Of a stretch of 64,000 nt of DNA, positions 26,989-36,790 are shown one piece after another. The notes beneath the pieces are model-generated. The model ran no database searches. It was not told where the DNA came from and was given only the letters and a program-made list of their open reading frames with translations. The position numbers and the translations under genes were made by a program. How positions within the stretch are numbered: position 1 is the stretch's first letter; every line of letters starts with the position of its first letter. Source of the DNA: Chloroflexota bacterium (GTDB lineage Bacteria; Chloroflexota; Dehalococcoidia; SpSt-223); assembly GCA_023512725.1 (NCBI GenBank), contig JAILZB010000001.1:1660-65659 (forward strand), written 5' to 3'.

Positions 26989-28873
26989 TCAGACGACTGC
27001 GCGCAGAGCCGGGCCCCGTGACCGCTCGCTCGCGCGCTCGCTCGTTGCAACCCGGAAGCGGGCTGCCAATTGGCGCAGCTGGTCGGCCATCTGGGAGAGT
27101 TCGTTCGCCTGAGCGCTGATCTCCTCGACCTGGGCGCTCATCTCCTCGGCGCTGGCCGAGACTTCCTCGCTCGCGGCGCTGTTCTCCTCGGCCACGGCAG
27201 CGATGCTCTGGACGCTCTCCGAGGCGGCGGCGGCGCGCTCGGCGATCTGCTGGGCAGCGGCCGCGATCTCGTGCACCTGGCGGACTGCATCCTCGATAGC
27301 GCCCTGGATCGTAGCGATGGCGCTGGCAGCCTCGCGGGAGAGTTCGGTCGCCTTCTCGACCTCAGTGGTGCCTTCGGCCATCGCGGCAACGGCGTGCTCG
27401 GTGCTCGCGCACCGCTTCGATCAAGGCCGTGATCTGCTTGGTCTCACGGCTGGAGCGTTCGGCGAGCTTGCGTACCTCATCGGCCACCACCGCGAAACCA
27501 CGGCCGTGCTCACCGGCACGCGCGGCCTCGATCGCGGCGTTCAGCGCGAGGAGATTGGTCTGCTCGGCGATGTCGTCGATTGTCTCCACCACAACGCCGA
27601 TCTGCTGGCCCGATTTCCCCAACTCCTGGATGAGCGCGCCCACCTGGTCGACCGAGCGCTGGACGCGCTCCATGCCCGCGGCCGTGGCTGCCACCGCCGC
27701 ACCACCCTCACCCGCCGCTACACGGGCGCGCTCGCTCGCTGCCGCCGCGCGGCTGGCCAGGCTCGCTACGTTCTGGGCCCCCGCCCCCACCTCGACCGAG
27801 GCATGACCAGCGGTGGTGGCGGCCGAAGCCTGCTCCTGCGCGCCCGCGGCCACATTCTGGATCGTAGCGGTGACCTGCTGGACCGCTGAGGCCGTCTGGT
27901 TGACGGCAGCAGCAAGCTGGGTGCTCGCGCCCGCCAGGCTATCGGACGAGGCGCGCACCTGCTCGACGGCCGCCATCAGGTTCTGACGGGCGTGATTGTA
28001 GCTAGTGGCCGTGGCGCGCAACCGCTCGGCGAGGTCGTTGGCCGCAGCCGCCATCTGGCCCAGCTCGTCGCGGCCGGAGACGGCGACCGCAGTGGTCACC
28101 ACCTCCGCCGGGACGGTGAGGTCGTTCTCGGCCATGGCGTTGAGCGCCGCTTGCAGGCTGGCTGCATCCCGCTCGGCGAGCGAATGCAGCGTGCGCTGGA
28201 CCGCCCTGGCTGTGCTGCTGACGCTACTCGCGAAGAAGAGGGCGAGCACCACGCCCAGTACCACTGCCACCACGGTCCCGACGACCAGCGTGAGCAGGAG
28301 GAGCGAGCTCTGGGCAGCGCTGGCAGCGGTCCGGGCCTGGAGCAACGTTCGCTCGGCCGTGATCGCCTGGTCGAAGACGGCCCGGATGCCGTCGAAGTGC
28401 TGCTTGCCGCGGCCGCTGCCCTCAAAGGCGGCGACATCCTGGATCGTTTTCGTGCCGGCGTTCACCTCGCGCCGTAACGCGATCCCTGGTTCGGCGACTT
28501 CGCGCTGCCAGGCGGCTGACCGCGCCTCGATATCCTTCCAGCGTGCGACCTGGGCGGGGTTATCGGCGGTCAGCTGCTGTAGCTCACCGAGATGGCGGCT
28601 CAGATCCTGGCTTCCGGCCTGGTAGGGCTGGAGGAACTCCTCGCGCCCCGTGAGCAAAAAGCCGCGATAGCCCGTCTCCATGTTGACGAGGTCGGTCATC
28701 GCCTCTTTCTCACCTAGCATCACCTGATAGGTATGCTCGACCCAGTTGGACGCCTCGTTGTTCTGGACGGTGGTGCGAAAGGCAAAAGCATTGATCCCCG
28801 CCACCAGGACGAGGATGGTGGCGAAGCCAGCAAGCAGCTTCCACCGTAGCGAGAGGTTTTTCCACCAGCGCAT
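26989..28873 (-). pseudogene. Methyl-accepting chemotaxis protein (CHASE3 - TM - HAMP - MCP signalling domain) interrupted by a frameshift
   Basis: ORF 27362..28873 carries CHASE3 (WVEHTYQVM...[12 protein letters not shown]) and the MCP hairpin core ([40 protein letters not shown]). ORF 26989..27381 continues the MCP C-terminus in another frame (...AVAEENSAASEEVSASAEEMSAQ...). The frames switch at a 7-bp tandem duplication. Confidence 0.85.
27394..27407. repeat. Perfect tandem 7-bp duplication GTGCTCG GTGCTCG
   Basis: Read directly: 27394..27400 equals 27401..27407. Removing one copy joins the two MCP ORFs in frame. Confidence 0.95.
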
Positions 28874-29006
28874 GGTCGTCTCCTCCGGACTGTCGGCCCT
28901 TCTGCTGATCTTCTTTGGCGGTACTCGAGCCGCTCTTCACAGAAAGCAGGAAAGCGACCCTTCGCGGAGGAGGCGAGCCAGTAGAATTGTGCTGCAGGAG
29001 GCCGGA

Positions 29007-30365
29007 ATGCAGCGCTTACCCCTCACTGGCGTGCGGGTGCTCGACCTGACCCGGGTCGTTGCGGGGCCCTTTCTCACCAAGCAGCTGGCGGATCTCGGCG
29101 CCGAGGTGATCAAGGTCGAGTCGGTGCAGGTGCCAGATGAGACCCGCTACCAGCGGGTGCTCCCCATCTGGCCGGATAATCGCCCGGGGGACCGCCCCTG
29201 GAACAGCACCTGGTACTTCAACAATCACAACCGGAACAAGCTGGGGATCACGGTCGATATCACGGCCGAGCTGGGACAGGAGATCATCCGCCGCCTCGCC
29301 GCGATCTCGGACGTGGTCGCGGATAACTACCGCCCAGGGGTGCTGGAAAAGGTTGGGCTCGACGACCGCTCGCTGCGGCGAGTTGCGCCGGACATCATCA
29401 CCATCTCGCTCTCCGGGTTTGGGGATAGCGGCCCCTGGCGGCAGTTCAGTGCCTATGGGACCACCGTCGAGTTCATGTCTGGTCTGGCCTCGCTCACGGG
29501 GTATCCGGATGGGGAGATCCTGCCGACCGGCCAGCCGTATGGCGACTGGTGCTCGGCGATGCTCGGGACGGTGGCCGTCCTGATGGCGCTGGCTTACCGG
29601 CGGCGCACCGGCAAAGGGCAGCGGATCGACCTCTCGGAGTCGGAGGCAGTCACCAGCTTGATCGGGGCGGAACTGCTCGGGTTTCAGCTGACCGGCGAGC
29701 TTCCCCGTCGGATCGGGAATCGGCACCCGATGTGGGCCCCTCACGGCTACTTCCCCTGCGCAGGGAACGACCGCTGGATCGGGATCGCCATCCGGAATGA
29801 TGCCGAGTGGCGCACCCTGACCGCCCTGATGGGGCAGCCCGAGCTAGCAGATGACCCACGCTTTGCTACCGCCCCGGCCCGCAAACAGCATGAGGACGAG
29901 CTCGAGGCGATCGTGGCCGCCTGGACCTGCCAGCACGAGGCAGAGACGCTCTTCCACCAGTTGCAGGCGGCGGGGATCGCGGCTGGTCCGGTCAACAGCG
30001 CCAAGCAGGTGTTGCTCGATCCCCACCTGCGGGCACGGGACTATTTCCAGCGGGTCGAATTCCCGCCGGAGCGCCAGATGCCACCCCTCTGGTTCGCTAA
30101 AAATCCCCTCGTGTTCAACGGTGAGCGGCCGGGGATCCGCTTCCCCGCGCCGGACCTGGGGGAACATAACCGGACGGTCCTGCGCGAGTTGCTCGGTCTG
30201 AGCGCTGAAGAGATTGAGGTGCTCGTCCTGACCGAGGTAATCGGGGAGGTCCCCCTCTCGCCTCGGCTCGATTTCTCACCGACAGATATCGCTCTCCTGG
30301 AGCAGCAAGGCGCGATCGCCGCGGCGGATGCCGACTACCGGCACATCGTCGGGCTGGACCCGTAG
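29007..30365 (+). CDS. Family III CoA-transferase (CaiB/BaiF)
   Basis: ATG behind AGGAGG. MQRLPLTGVRVLDLTRVVAGPFLTKQLADLGAEVIKVE is the classic N-terminal motif. The track ORF 28746 start is an upstream extension. Confidence 0.9.
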   Translation: MQRLPLTGVRVLDLTRVVAGPFLTKQLADLGAEVIKVESVQVPDETRYQRVLPIWPDNRPGDRPWNSTWYFNNHNRNKLGITVDITAELGQEIIRRLAAISDVVADNYRPGVLEKVGLDDRSLRRVAPDIITISLSGFGDSGPWRQFSAYGTTVEFMSGLASLTGYPDGEILPTGQPYGDWCSAMLGTVAVLMALAYRRRTGKGQRIDLSESEAVTSLIGAELLGFQLTGELPRRIGNRHPMWAPHGYFPCAGNDRWIGIAIRNDAEWRTLTALMGQPELADDPRFATAPARKQHEDELEAIVAAWTCQHEAETLFHQLQAAGIAAGPVNSAKQVLLDPHLRARDYFQRVEFPPERQMPPLWFAKNPLVFNGERPGIRFPAPDLGEHNRTVLRELLGLSAEEIEVLVLTEVIGEVPLSPRLDFSPTDIALLEQQGAIAAADADYRHIVGLDP

Positions 30366-30374
30366 CTGGCTGCT

Positions 30375-32585
30375 TCAGGCCTCGGCTGCGGGGGGAGGAG
30401 GGGTGGGGTCGTCGCCACGCCCGACCGAGCGCGGCAGGTCCAGCGCGGTGCCGACAGCCGTCTCTTTGGTGGCGATCCGGGCGAGCCGCTGAAACTGGCG
30501 AAGGTGCTCACCCGCGCGCAAAAGGTTCTCGAGGGCGCCGCGGAGCAGCGGCTGATACTCCTCAAACCGGGCGGGGTCGTCGAGCAGCAGTTCGAAGGCA
30601 CCAACTGCGGCCGTGATGTCGTTGGTTAGGAGGTGCGACATCTCTCGCGCTGCCAGGGTGGCGCCGACGAGCCGCTCCGATTCGCGTTCGAGCTGGTCGC
30701 TGCGCTTGCGCTCCAGGGCACTGACGATCAGGATGCTAGCCAACCGAAGGAAGGCCAGGTCGAGTGAACTCCAGCTGATCTCCCGACCGACTGCATTGAC
30801 TACCACTGCCCCCTCGGCCTGACCACGGACGATCAGCGGCACCGCGAGGAGTGAGGCAGTCCCCTCCCCCGCCCAGTACTCCCGTTCGGTGGTGTCGGGG
30901 ATCTCGCTGAGGTGGCTGACCATCACCGGCTCAAGGGCGCGCAGCCGGGAGAACGACCAGCTGAGGGCGGCGAGCGGAATGGTCGCCGGTGGGGCTGGCT
31001 CCTCGGCTGGTGGCATCTGCGCATCCCAGCGGTAGCGGGGTTCGGCCAGGTCACGCTCGGGATGGAAGAGGAAGACGCTCAGCCGGTCGACGTCCAGAAA
31101 CTCGCCCAGTGCCCGGATCGTCTCCAGGATACCCGCGTCGATCGCCGGGGTGGGCAGGTTAATGAAGTGGGTCGAAAGGGAGGCCAGAAGCTCCTCGAAT
31201 TCGAGCCGGTAGCGCAGGCTCTCCTCGGCCTCACGCTGAGCGGTGTTATCGACGATCACAACCCCAACCTGACGAACCTCGGACCCCTGCCAGAGGGGGT
31301 AGAGGCTGAGGCGGAAACTCCGGCGTCGCGCGCCCGCCGGCACGACCAGTTCGAACTCAGGAATTGCCTCTCCGCTCGCAAAGACCCGACGGGCCCGGTC
31401 TTCGAGGTGGCTGCCAAGCCCGCCTTCCAGGGCGCCGATCGGTTGGCCAGGCGCCGCTCCCCACCCCACGAGTTCGACTGCTCGGTCGTTGACCCGGGCG
31501 AGGGTAAGGTCCGGGTTGCAGACCAGGAGCCCAACTGGCGCTGCGCGCAAGAGTGTCTCCAGGTGCACGGCGCTGGCGGCCTGCTCGGCGAGCGCCTGGC
31601 GCAAGGCGCGGACCAGGGACGCGTTATCAAGCGCGGCCGCGGCGAAGCTGGCAAAAGCCTCGAGGAGGCGGAGGTCAGTGAGGTCGTAGCGGCGCGGGCC
31701 TGCCACCGTCAGCAGCCCGATCGCGCTGCCACGCACAACCAGGGGGACGCAGAGGGCAGCGCTGAGCGGGCCAGCGGCAAACCGCTCGGTCGTCCAGAGC
31801 GCGCTCAGCGGTTCTTCAAGCGGAAAGGAAAGGATGGGGTGCGGATCCCGCAGCACAGGGCTCACGGCCGCGGCGGCCGGCTCGTCCAGGAGAGCGCCAT
31901 CGTCGAGGAGGACCTGTGGCTCCGGCGGACCAGCGTGGGCGAGCAAGACCCGCCGCAGGCGGCCATCAGCCTGGTGCACGTGGAGGGCACAACAGGTGGC
32001 AAAAGAGCGGGTAAGGAGGCCGGCGATCGCGCGCAGCGTCGTCGTATACTCGGACGCCTGTGCGAGCAGGTCACGCGCCTCGCGCAGGAACAGCCGCCGC
32101 TCTTCGGCTGCGACTACCGCTGTGAGGTCGTGGATGGTGACGACCTGGAGCGCAGGGGCGAAGGATGCTTGCCCGATGGTCACGAAGACCGGGATGAGTT
32201 GCCCATCGCCGCGGCGAAGCTGGGCGTTTGGCCGCGGGCGTGCTTCCAGTCGGAGGGGTGTGGTGGGGTCATCGGGGGCAGCCGGCGCCAGCTGGGCGTA
32301 GTCCGGAAGGAGGAGCGTGACCGGCTGACCGGCCAGGCTGGTGTAGCCGAACTGGCGCCGGGCCGCAGCATTCGCATAGGCGATCACGCCCTGCTGAACA
32401 CCCAGTACCGGCAGCCCGATTGCATCTGCCAGGACCCAGGCGTGGCTGGTCGAGGGGAGGGGGTAACCGGACAACCAGCTCCGCAGGCGCTGGAACAGCC
32501 GAGCGAACCACGATTGACGGGCAGCAGATAGTGGCGTGGCCAGCAGCGCTTGACCAGCGCGCACACGGGGGCGCCCACCTTTCAC
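30375..32585 (-). CDS. Multi-domain PAS/GAF sensor protein with C-terminal DHp-like helices and no HATPase domain
   Basis: 736 aa. Alternating PAS-like (GVIAYANAAARRQFGY...; LARVNDRAVELVGW...) and GAF-like blocks. The C-terminus is ...AAREMSHLLTNDITAAVGAFELLL...ENLLRAGEHLRQFQ, followed by a Pro-rich tail. No N/G1/G2 boxes. Confidence 0.75.
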   Translation of the reverse strand: MKGGRPRVRAGQALLATPLSAARQSWFARLFQRLRSWLSGYPLPSTSHAWVLADAIGLPVLGVQQGVIAYANAAARRQFGYTSLAGQPVTLLLPDYAQLAPAAPDDPTTPLRLEARPRPNAQLRRGDGQLIPVFVTIGQASFAPALQVVTIHDLTAVVAAEERRLFLREARDLLAQASEYTTTLRAIAGLLTRSFATCCALHVHQADGRLRRVLLAHAGPPEPQVLLDDGALLDEPAAAAVSPVLRDPHPILSFPLEEPLSALWTTERFAAGPLSAALCVPLVVRGSAIGLLTVAGPRRYDLTDLRLLEAFASFAAAALDNASLVRALRQALAEQAASAVHLETLLRAAPVGLLVCNPDLTLARVNDRAVELVGWGAAPGQPIGALEGGLGSHLEDRARRVFASGEAIPEFELVVPAGARRRSFRLSLYPLWQGSEVRQVGVVIVDNTAQREAEESLRYRLEFEELLASLSTHFINLPTPAIDAGILETIRALGEFLDVDRLSVFLFHPERDLAEPRYRWDAQMPPAEEPAPPATIPLAALSWSFSRLRALEPVMVSHLSEIPDTTEREYWAGEGTASLLAVPLIVRGQAEGAVVVNAVGREISWSSLDLAFLRLASILIVSALERKRSDQLERESERLVGATLAAREMSHLLTNDITAAVGAFELLLDDPARFEEYQPLLRGALENLLRAGEHLRQFQRLARIATKETAVGTALDLPRSVGRGDDPTPPPPAAEA

Positions 32586-32671
32586 GCCTTCAGTGTAGAG
32601 CCTGGTTCCTGGGCAAAGCTATGAGGAACTTCCCTAACTGCCCCGCGCGGAGGAGAAAACGCCTGGCGCGC

Positions 32672-33139
32672 TTAGCTGTTGGAGGTGCTGGATGGCCGGG
32701 CCCGGACCAGCAGGAGTGGAACGCTTGCCTCCCGGAGCACCCGCTCGGCGACACTCCCGAAGACGAGCCGACTGAGGCCACTCCGCCCGTGAGTGGCCAT
32801 GACGATCAGGCCGGCACCGCGCTCAGCTGCCACTTCGAGGATGCTCGCTGCGGGCTCACCGAGGGGGGTCAGCGCCTCGACGGTGATCCCGTCCTGCTGG
32901 AGGCGTTGGGCGAGGTGGGCCACATAGGCGCGCGCAGCAGCGCTCTCGGCCTCGATCACCTGAGCATAGCCCGACGCAGGAGAGAACCCCGGCTCGACCC
33001 CCAGGGGCTGGACCACGGGTGGCACGACCCGGACGAGGAGTAAGCGAGCGCCGAACTGACGGGCCAGGGCAACGGCGTGGGGCAGCGCACGTTCGGCAAG
33101 CTCCGAGCCGTCGACCGCTAGCAGGATCGGGTCGTACAT
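32672..33139 (-). CDS. Universal stress protein (UspA family)
   Basis: ILLAVDGSELAERALPHA...LIVMATHGRSGLSRLVFGSVAERVLREASVPLLLV. Confidence 0.9.
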   Translation of the reverse strand: MYDPILLAVDGSELAERALPHAVALARQFGARLLLVRVVPPVVQPLGVEPGFSPASGYAQVIEAESAAARAYVAHLAQRLQQDGITVEALTPLGEPAASILEVAAERGAGLIVMATHGRSGLSRLVFGSVAERVLREASVPLLLVRARPSSTSNS

Positions 33140-33202
33140 GGTCCCTCCAGCCGCGAGGATGCGTCCATCATAGCGGGTGAGGGGAGCGCGCTGCCGTTCA
33201 GC

Positions 33203-35308
33203 TCAGGTATCGATCTCCTCGCGGGAGAATGCGCCGGTGAGAGGAGTGAGCACTGGCTCTTCGGCTGCGGCCTGGCGGAGGAGCGCTTCCTGGACGTCAA
33301 AGCCGGTCTCGGGCGGCTCGCGGTAGCTCCCATCCGGTTCCAGCAGGTAGGAACCGCGCTCGTCGCGCAGGTAGAGCGCGAGCAGTTCGTCGCGCAGCAG
33401 GCGACGCAGCTCGGGGTCCTCGACCGGAGCGAGCACTTCGACGCGGTGGTCGAGATTGCGCGGCATCAGGTCGGCGCTCCCGATCCAGACCTCCTCCTCT
33501 CCGCCGTTGCGGAAGTAGTACGCCCGCGAGTGTTCCAGAAAACGACCGAGGATGCTCCGCAGCTGCAGGTTGGCGGCCACGGCGGGGTCGTTGCGCGGCA
33601 AGACGTTGATCCCACGCACGATCAGGTCCACCCGGACGCCAGCCATGGCGGCCCGGCGCAGGGCATCGACGCAGGCGACGTCCACCAGCTGGTTCATCTT
33701 CATGATGATGTGACCGCCGCCCGCCTGGTGATGATGGGCAATCTCGCGCTCGATCCGGTCGATGATCCCTTTGCGGATGGAATATGGGGCGACCAGGAGC
33801 TTGCGGTAGCTCGTCTGACGCGAGTAGCCGGTCAGAAAGTTGAACAGCTCCGAGACATCCGCGGCGACCTCCGGGCGGCAGGTCAACAGGCTGAGGTCGC
33901 TGTAGAGCCGCGCGGTGGTGGGGTTATAGTTGCCGGTCCCGATGTGGACATAGCGGCGCAGGCCCTCCCGATCGCGCCGGACGATCAGGAGCAGCTTGGC
34001 GTGGACCTTCAACCCTAACAGCCCATACGTCACGTGCACCCCCGCGCGTTCGAGGGCGCGCGCCCACTCGATGTTGTTTTCTTCATCGAAGCGGGCCTTT
34101 AGCTCGACGAGCACGGCCACTTGCTTGCCACGGTCGGCCGCCCGGAGCAGCGCCTCGACTACGGGGGAGTGGGCGCCAACTCGGTAGAGGGTCTGTTTGA
34201 CCGCCAGCACTGCCGGGTCAGCGGCCGCCTGCTGAAGCAGCTCGACGATCGGTTCGAACGAGTCGAAAGGGTGGTGGAGCAGGATATCGTGGTCGCGGAT
34301 GACTGAGAACAGGTCGCTCTCCCGTAGCAGCGGTGGCACGCGTGGGTGGAAGGGTGGGTCCTTCAGGTCAGCGCGGTTGATGCTGGTCAGCTCCATCAGC
34401 GCACCAAGCCCGAGTGGTGGATCGATGGTGTAGACGTCGGCCGGGTCCACCGGCAGCTTCTCGATCAGGAGGGTGCGCAGGAACTCGGGCATGGTGGGCG
34501 TGATCTGGAGCGCGACCACCGAGCCGAAGCGTCGCCGCTCCAGGCTGGCCTGGACCGATTCCAACAGGTCGCCCGCCTCCAGGTCCTGGATCTGGACGTC
34601 CGCATTGCGGATGACGCGGAAAGGGTGGACTTCGCGGATCGCCATCCCCGGAAAAAGCTTGTCGAGGTTGGCAACGAGCAGTTCATCCAGCCAGACGAAG
34701 GTACTCTCACGTTCGCCCGGCACCGGGATCAGGCGGGGGATAACAGTCGGGATCTTGACCCGCGCGAAGCGGCGGTTGCCTTCGGGGTCCTCCAGCACCA
34801 CCGCCAGGCTGACGGAGAGGTTGGAAATAAAGGGGAAGGGGTGCCCGGGGTCGAAGCCAAGCGGCGTGCAGATGGGAAAGACTTCCTGCTCGAAGTAGCG
34901 GTCGAGGGCGGCTCGCCCACCGGGGCCGACCTGGTCGAGGCTGACCAGTCGCACCCCCGCTACCTCCAGGGCAGGGAGGAGCTGCTCACGCAGGCAGGTG
35001 CGCTGGTCGCGCATCACGGCCAGGATGGCTGGCCGGAGCGCGGCAAGCTGCTCCTCGGGGGTCATGCCATCGGGGCTGAGGTCGGTCACCCGGGCCTGGA
35101 CCTGCTCCAGCAGCCCGGAGACGCGGACCATGAGAAATTCGTCGAGGTTGGTGTCGGAGATCGCGACGAACTTAACCCGTTCCAGCAGGGGATGACGCGA
35201 GCGCTTAGCCTCGTTGAGCACTCGTTGGTTGAACTGGAGCCAGCTCAACTCACGGTTAAAATAGCGACACGCAGCCGCCTCGCGGGGTGGGGTGGCATCT
35301 CGCAGCAT
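33203..35308 (-). CDS. ppk: Polyphosphate kinase 1
   Basis: RYFNRELSWLQFNQRVLNEA... at the N-terminus, plus two PLD-like HKD regions (VHAKLLLIVRRD...; ...GSADLMPRNLDHRVE). Confidence 0.95.
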   Translation of the reverse strand: MLRDATPPREAAACRYFNRELSWLQFNQRVLNEAKRSRHPLLERVKFVAISDTNLDEFLMVRVSGLLEQVQARVTDLSPDGMTPEEQLAALRPAILAVMRDQRTCLREQLLPALEVAGVRLVSLDQVGPGGRAALDRYFEQEVFPICTPLGFDPGHPFPFISNLSVSLAVVLEDPEGNRRFARVKIPTVIPRLIPVPGERESTFVWLDELLVANLDKLFPGMAIREVHPFRVIRNADVQIQDLEAGDLLESVQASLERRRFGSVVALQITPTMPEFLRTLLIEKLPVDPADVYTIDPPLGLGALMELTSINRADLKDPPFHPRVPPLLRESDLFSVIRDHDILLHHPFDSFEPIVELLQQAAADPAVLAVKQTLYRVGAHSPVVEALLRAADRGKQVAVLVELKARFDEENNIEWARALERAGVHVTYGLLGLKVHAKLLLIVRRDREGLRRYVHIGTGNYNPTTARLYSDLSLLTCRPEVAADVSELFNFLTGYSRQTSYRKLLVAPYSIRKGIIDRIEREIAHHHQAGGGHIIMKMNQLVDVACVDALRRAAMAGVRVDLIVRGINVLPRNDPAVAANLQLRSILGRFLEHSRAYYFRNGGEEEVWIGSADLMPRNLDHRVEVLAPVEDPELRRLLRDELLALYLRDERGSYLLEPDGSYREPPETGFDVQEALLRQAAAEEPVLTPLTGAFSREEIDT

Positions 35309-35519
35309 GGTTCTGGTGTCCGCCCTGCTCTTCCGCTAAGGGTAGCCCGGCCGTTCTCCGAGCAGCAAGCGGGGGAGAGCGCTGCCCAGGGCACTGCCAC
35401 ACCAGGGAGAAAACACCACCTGCGCCTCCCAGCTAGGCACGCTGCGAGCCAGCCCCCCCCCGCTGTCAAGGACTGCTCGGCCGCGTGTGCGGCTGAGCGC
35501 CACTCCGCCCTGAGGGCAC

Positions 35520-36701
35520 CTAGCGGCCGAGCACCATCACGCAGGAGATCACCCCGGGGCCGCCCAGGGTGTGGGCCAGGCCGGTGTGGGCGTTCTTGAC
35601 CTGGCGCTTGCCCTGGCGGCCGCGGATCTGATTGGTGATCTCAGCGATCATGCGGACACCGGTCGCCCCGACCGGATGACCGGTCGCCTTCAGCCCACCC
35701 GAGACGTTCACAGGCAGCCCGCCTTCCAGGGTGGTCACCCCTTCGGTGATCAGCTTGCCCCCCTCACCCCGATCGCAGAAGCCGAGGTCCTCGTAGTTGA
35801 TCAGCTCGGTGATCGTGAAGCAGTCGTGGCATTCCGCGACATCGATCTGGCGACGCGGGTCGGTGATCCCCGCCTGACGGTAGGCCTGGGCCGCCGCCGC
35901 GCGGGTAGAGGGGAAGCCGAGGAAGTCAAAGTCCGGCCGGAACTGGACCGAGAAGTAGCCACCCCACGAGGCGACGCCTGCCCCTTTGATCAGCACGTAG
36001 TCCTTCTTGAGGCGCCGGGCGATCGCGGTCGTCGTCAGGATGACCGCCGCTGCCCCATCGGTCGTTGGGCAGCAGTCGAACAGGCCGAGCGGGTCGGCCA
36101 CCATCGGTGCGTTCAGCACCTGGTCTTCGGTGATTGGCTTGCGGAAATGGGCGCCATCGTTGAGCGAGCCGTTGTAGTGGTTCTTCACGGCCACCTTGGC
36201 GAGGGTGCGCCGGTCGTAGCCGAACTCCTGGAAGTAGCGATTGGCCAGGACGGCGAACATGCCGGGGGCGGTGCGTCCCTTGGTGAGCAGCGGGTGGGTC
36301 TCGGTAATGTGGCGGGCCACCAGCGACCCCCGGGGGCTCACCTCGCGCATCTTTTCGACCCCTAGCGCGAGCACCATCTGGTACTCGCCAGCAGCGACCG
36401 CGAGCGCCGCCGCCCGCACGGCTTCCATCCCGGTGGCGCAGAGGTTAGCCACCCGCGTGACGGGGATGTTCGGGAGGTTGAGGGGGTCGGTCAGCGAACT
36501 GCCATCATCGCCAAGCAGGGCGTTCAACTGGGGAAAGGCCGTCCCCAGCCAGGCCGCTTCGATCTCGCTCGGGTCGATCCCGGCGTCCTGGTAGGCGGCG
36601 TAGGCTGCTTCGATCAGCAGGTCGGTGTAGCTCTGCTCGAACAGCTCCCCGAACCTGGTCACGCCTACGCCGATGATCGCCACGTTCCCACTGATCGGCA
36701 C
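35520..36701 (-). CDS. Thiolase-domain protein (SCP-x/archaeal-type acetyl-CoA C-acyltransferase-like)
   Basis: VAIIGVGVTRFGE...NLCATGMEAV...GHPVGATGVRM...GGPG. GTG start. No adjacent DUF35 partner. Confidence 0.85.
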   Translation of the reverse strand: MPISGNVAIIGVGVTRFGELFEQSYTDLLIEAAYAAYQDAGIDPSEIEAAWLGTAFPQLNALLGDDGSSLTDPLNLPNIPVTRVANLCATGMEAVRAAALAVAAGEYQMVLALGVEKMREVSPRGSLVARHITETHPLLTKGRTAPGMFAVLANRYFQEFGYDRRTLAKVAVKNHYNGSLNDGAHFRKPITEDQVLNAPMVADPLGLFDCCPTTDGAAAVILTTTAIARRLKKDYVLIKGAGVASWGGYFSVQFRPDFDFLGFPSTRAAAAQAYRQAGITDPRRQIDVAECHDCFTITELINYEDLGFCDRGEGGKLITEGVTTLEGGLPVNVSGGLKATGHPVGATGVRMIAEITNQIRGRQGKRQVKNAHTGLAHTLGGPGVISCVMVLGR

Positions 36702-36790
36702 GGTCTCGTCCTCCTGGCTCCCCTGCTGACAGCGCTTACCCTTCAGTATACAGAGAGCAGCCCGAACCAGCCACTCGGCACGGGCAGCAC

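Noticed and set aside
30912-32531. 539-aa ORF antisense to the PAS/GAF sensor gene (similarly 59929..61461 antisense to PLD/YjbQ, 51892..53064 and 17137..18156)
   Set aside because: The translations are shadow ORFs, with low complexity rich in R/G/E/D/P. The opposite strands encode proteins with clear family motifs.
35309-35519. DUF35/OB-fold partner gene expected next to the thiolase
   Set aside because: The only ORF (35245..35469, 74 aa) has no Zn-ribbon or OB-fold pattern and overlaps the ppk start region. The spacer is more likely the ppk promoter region.
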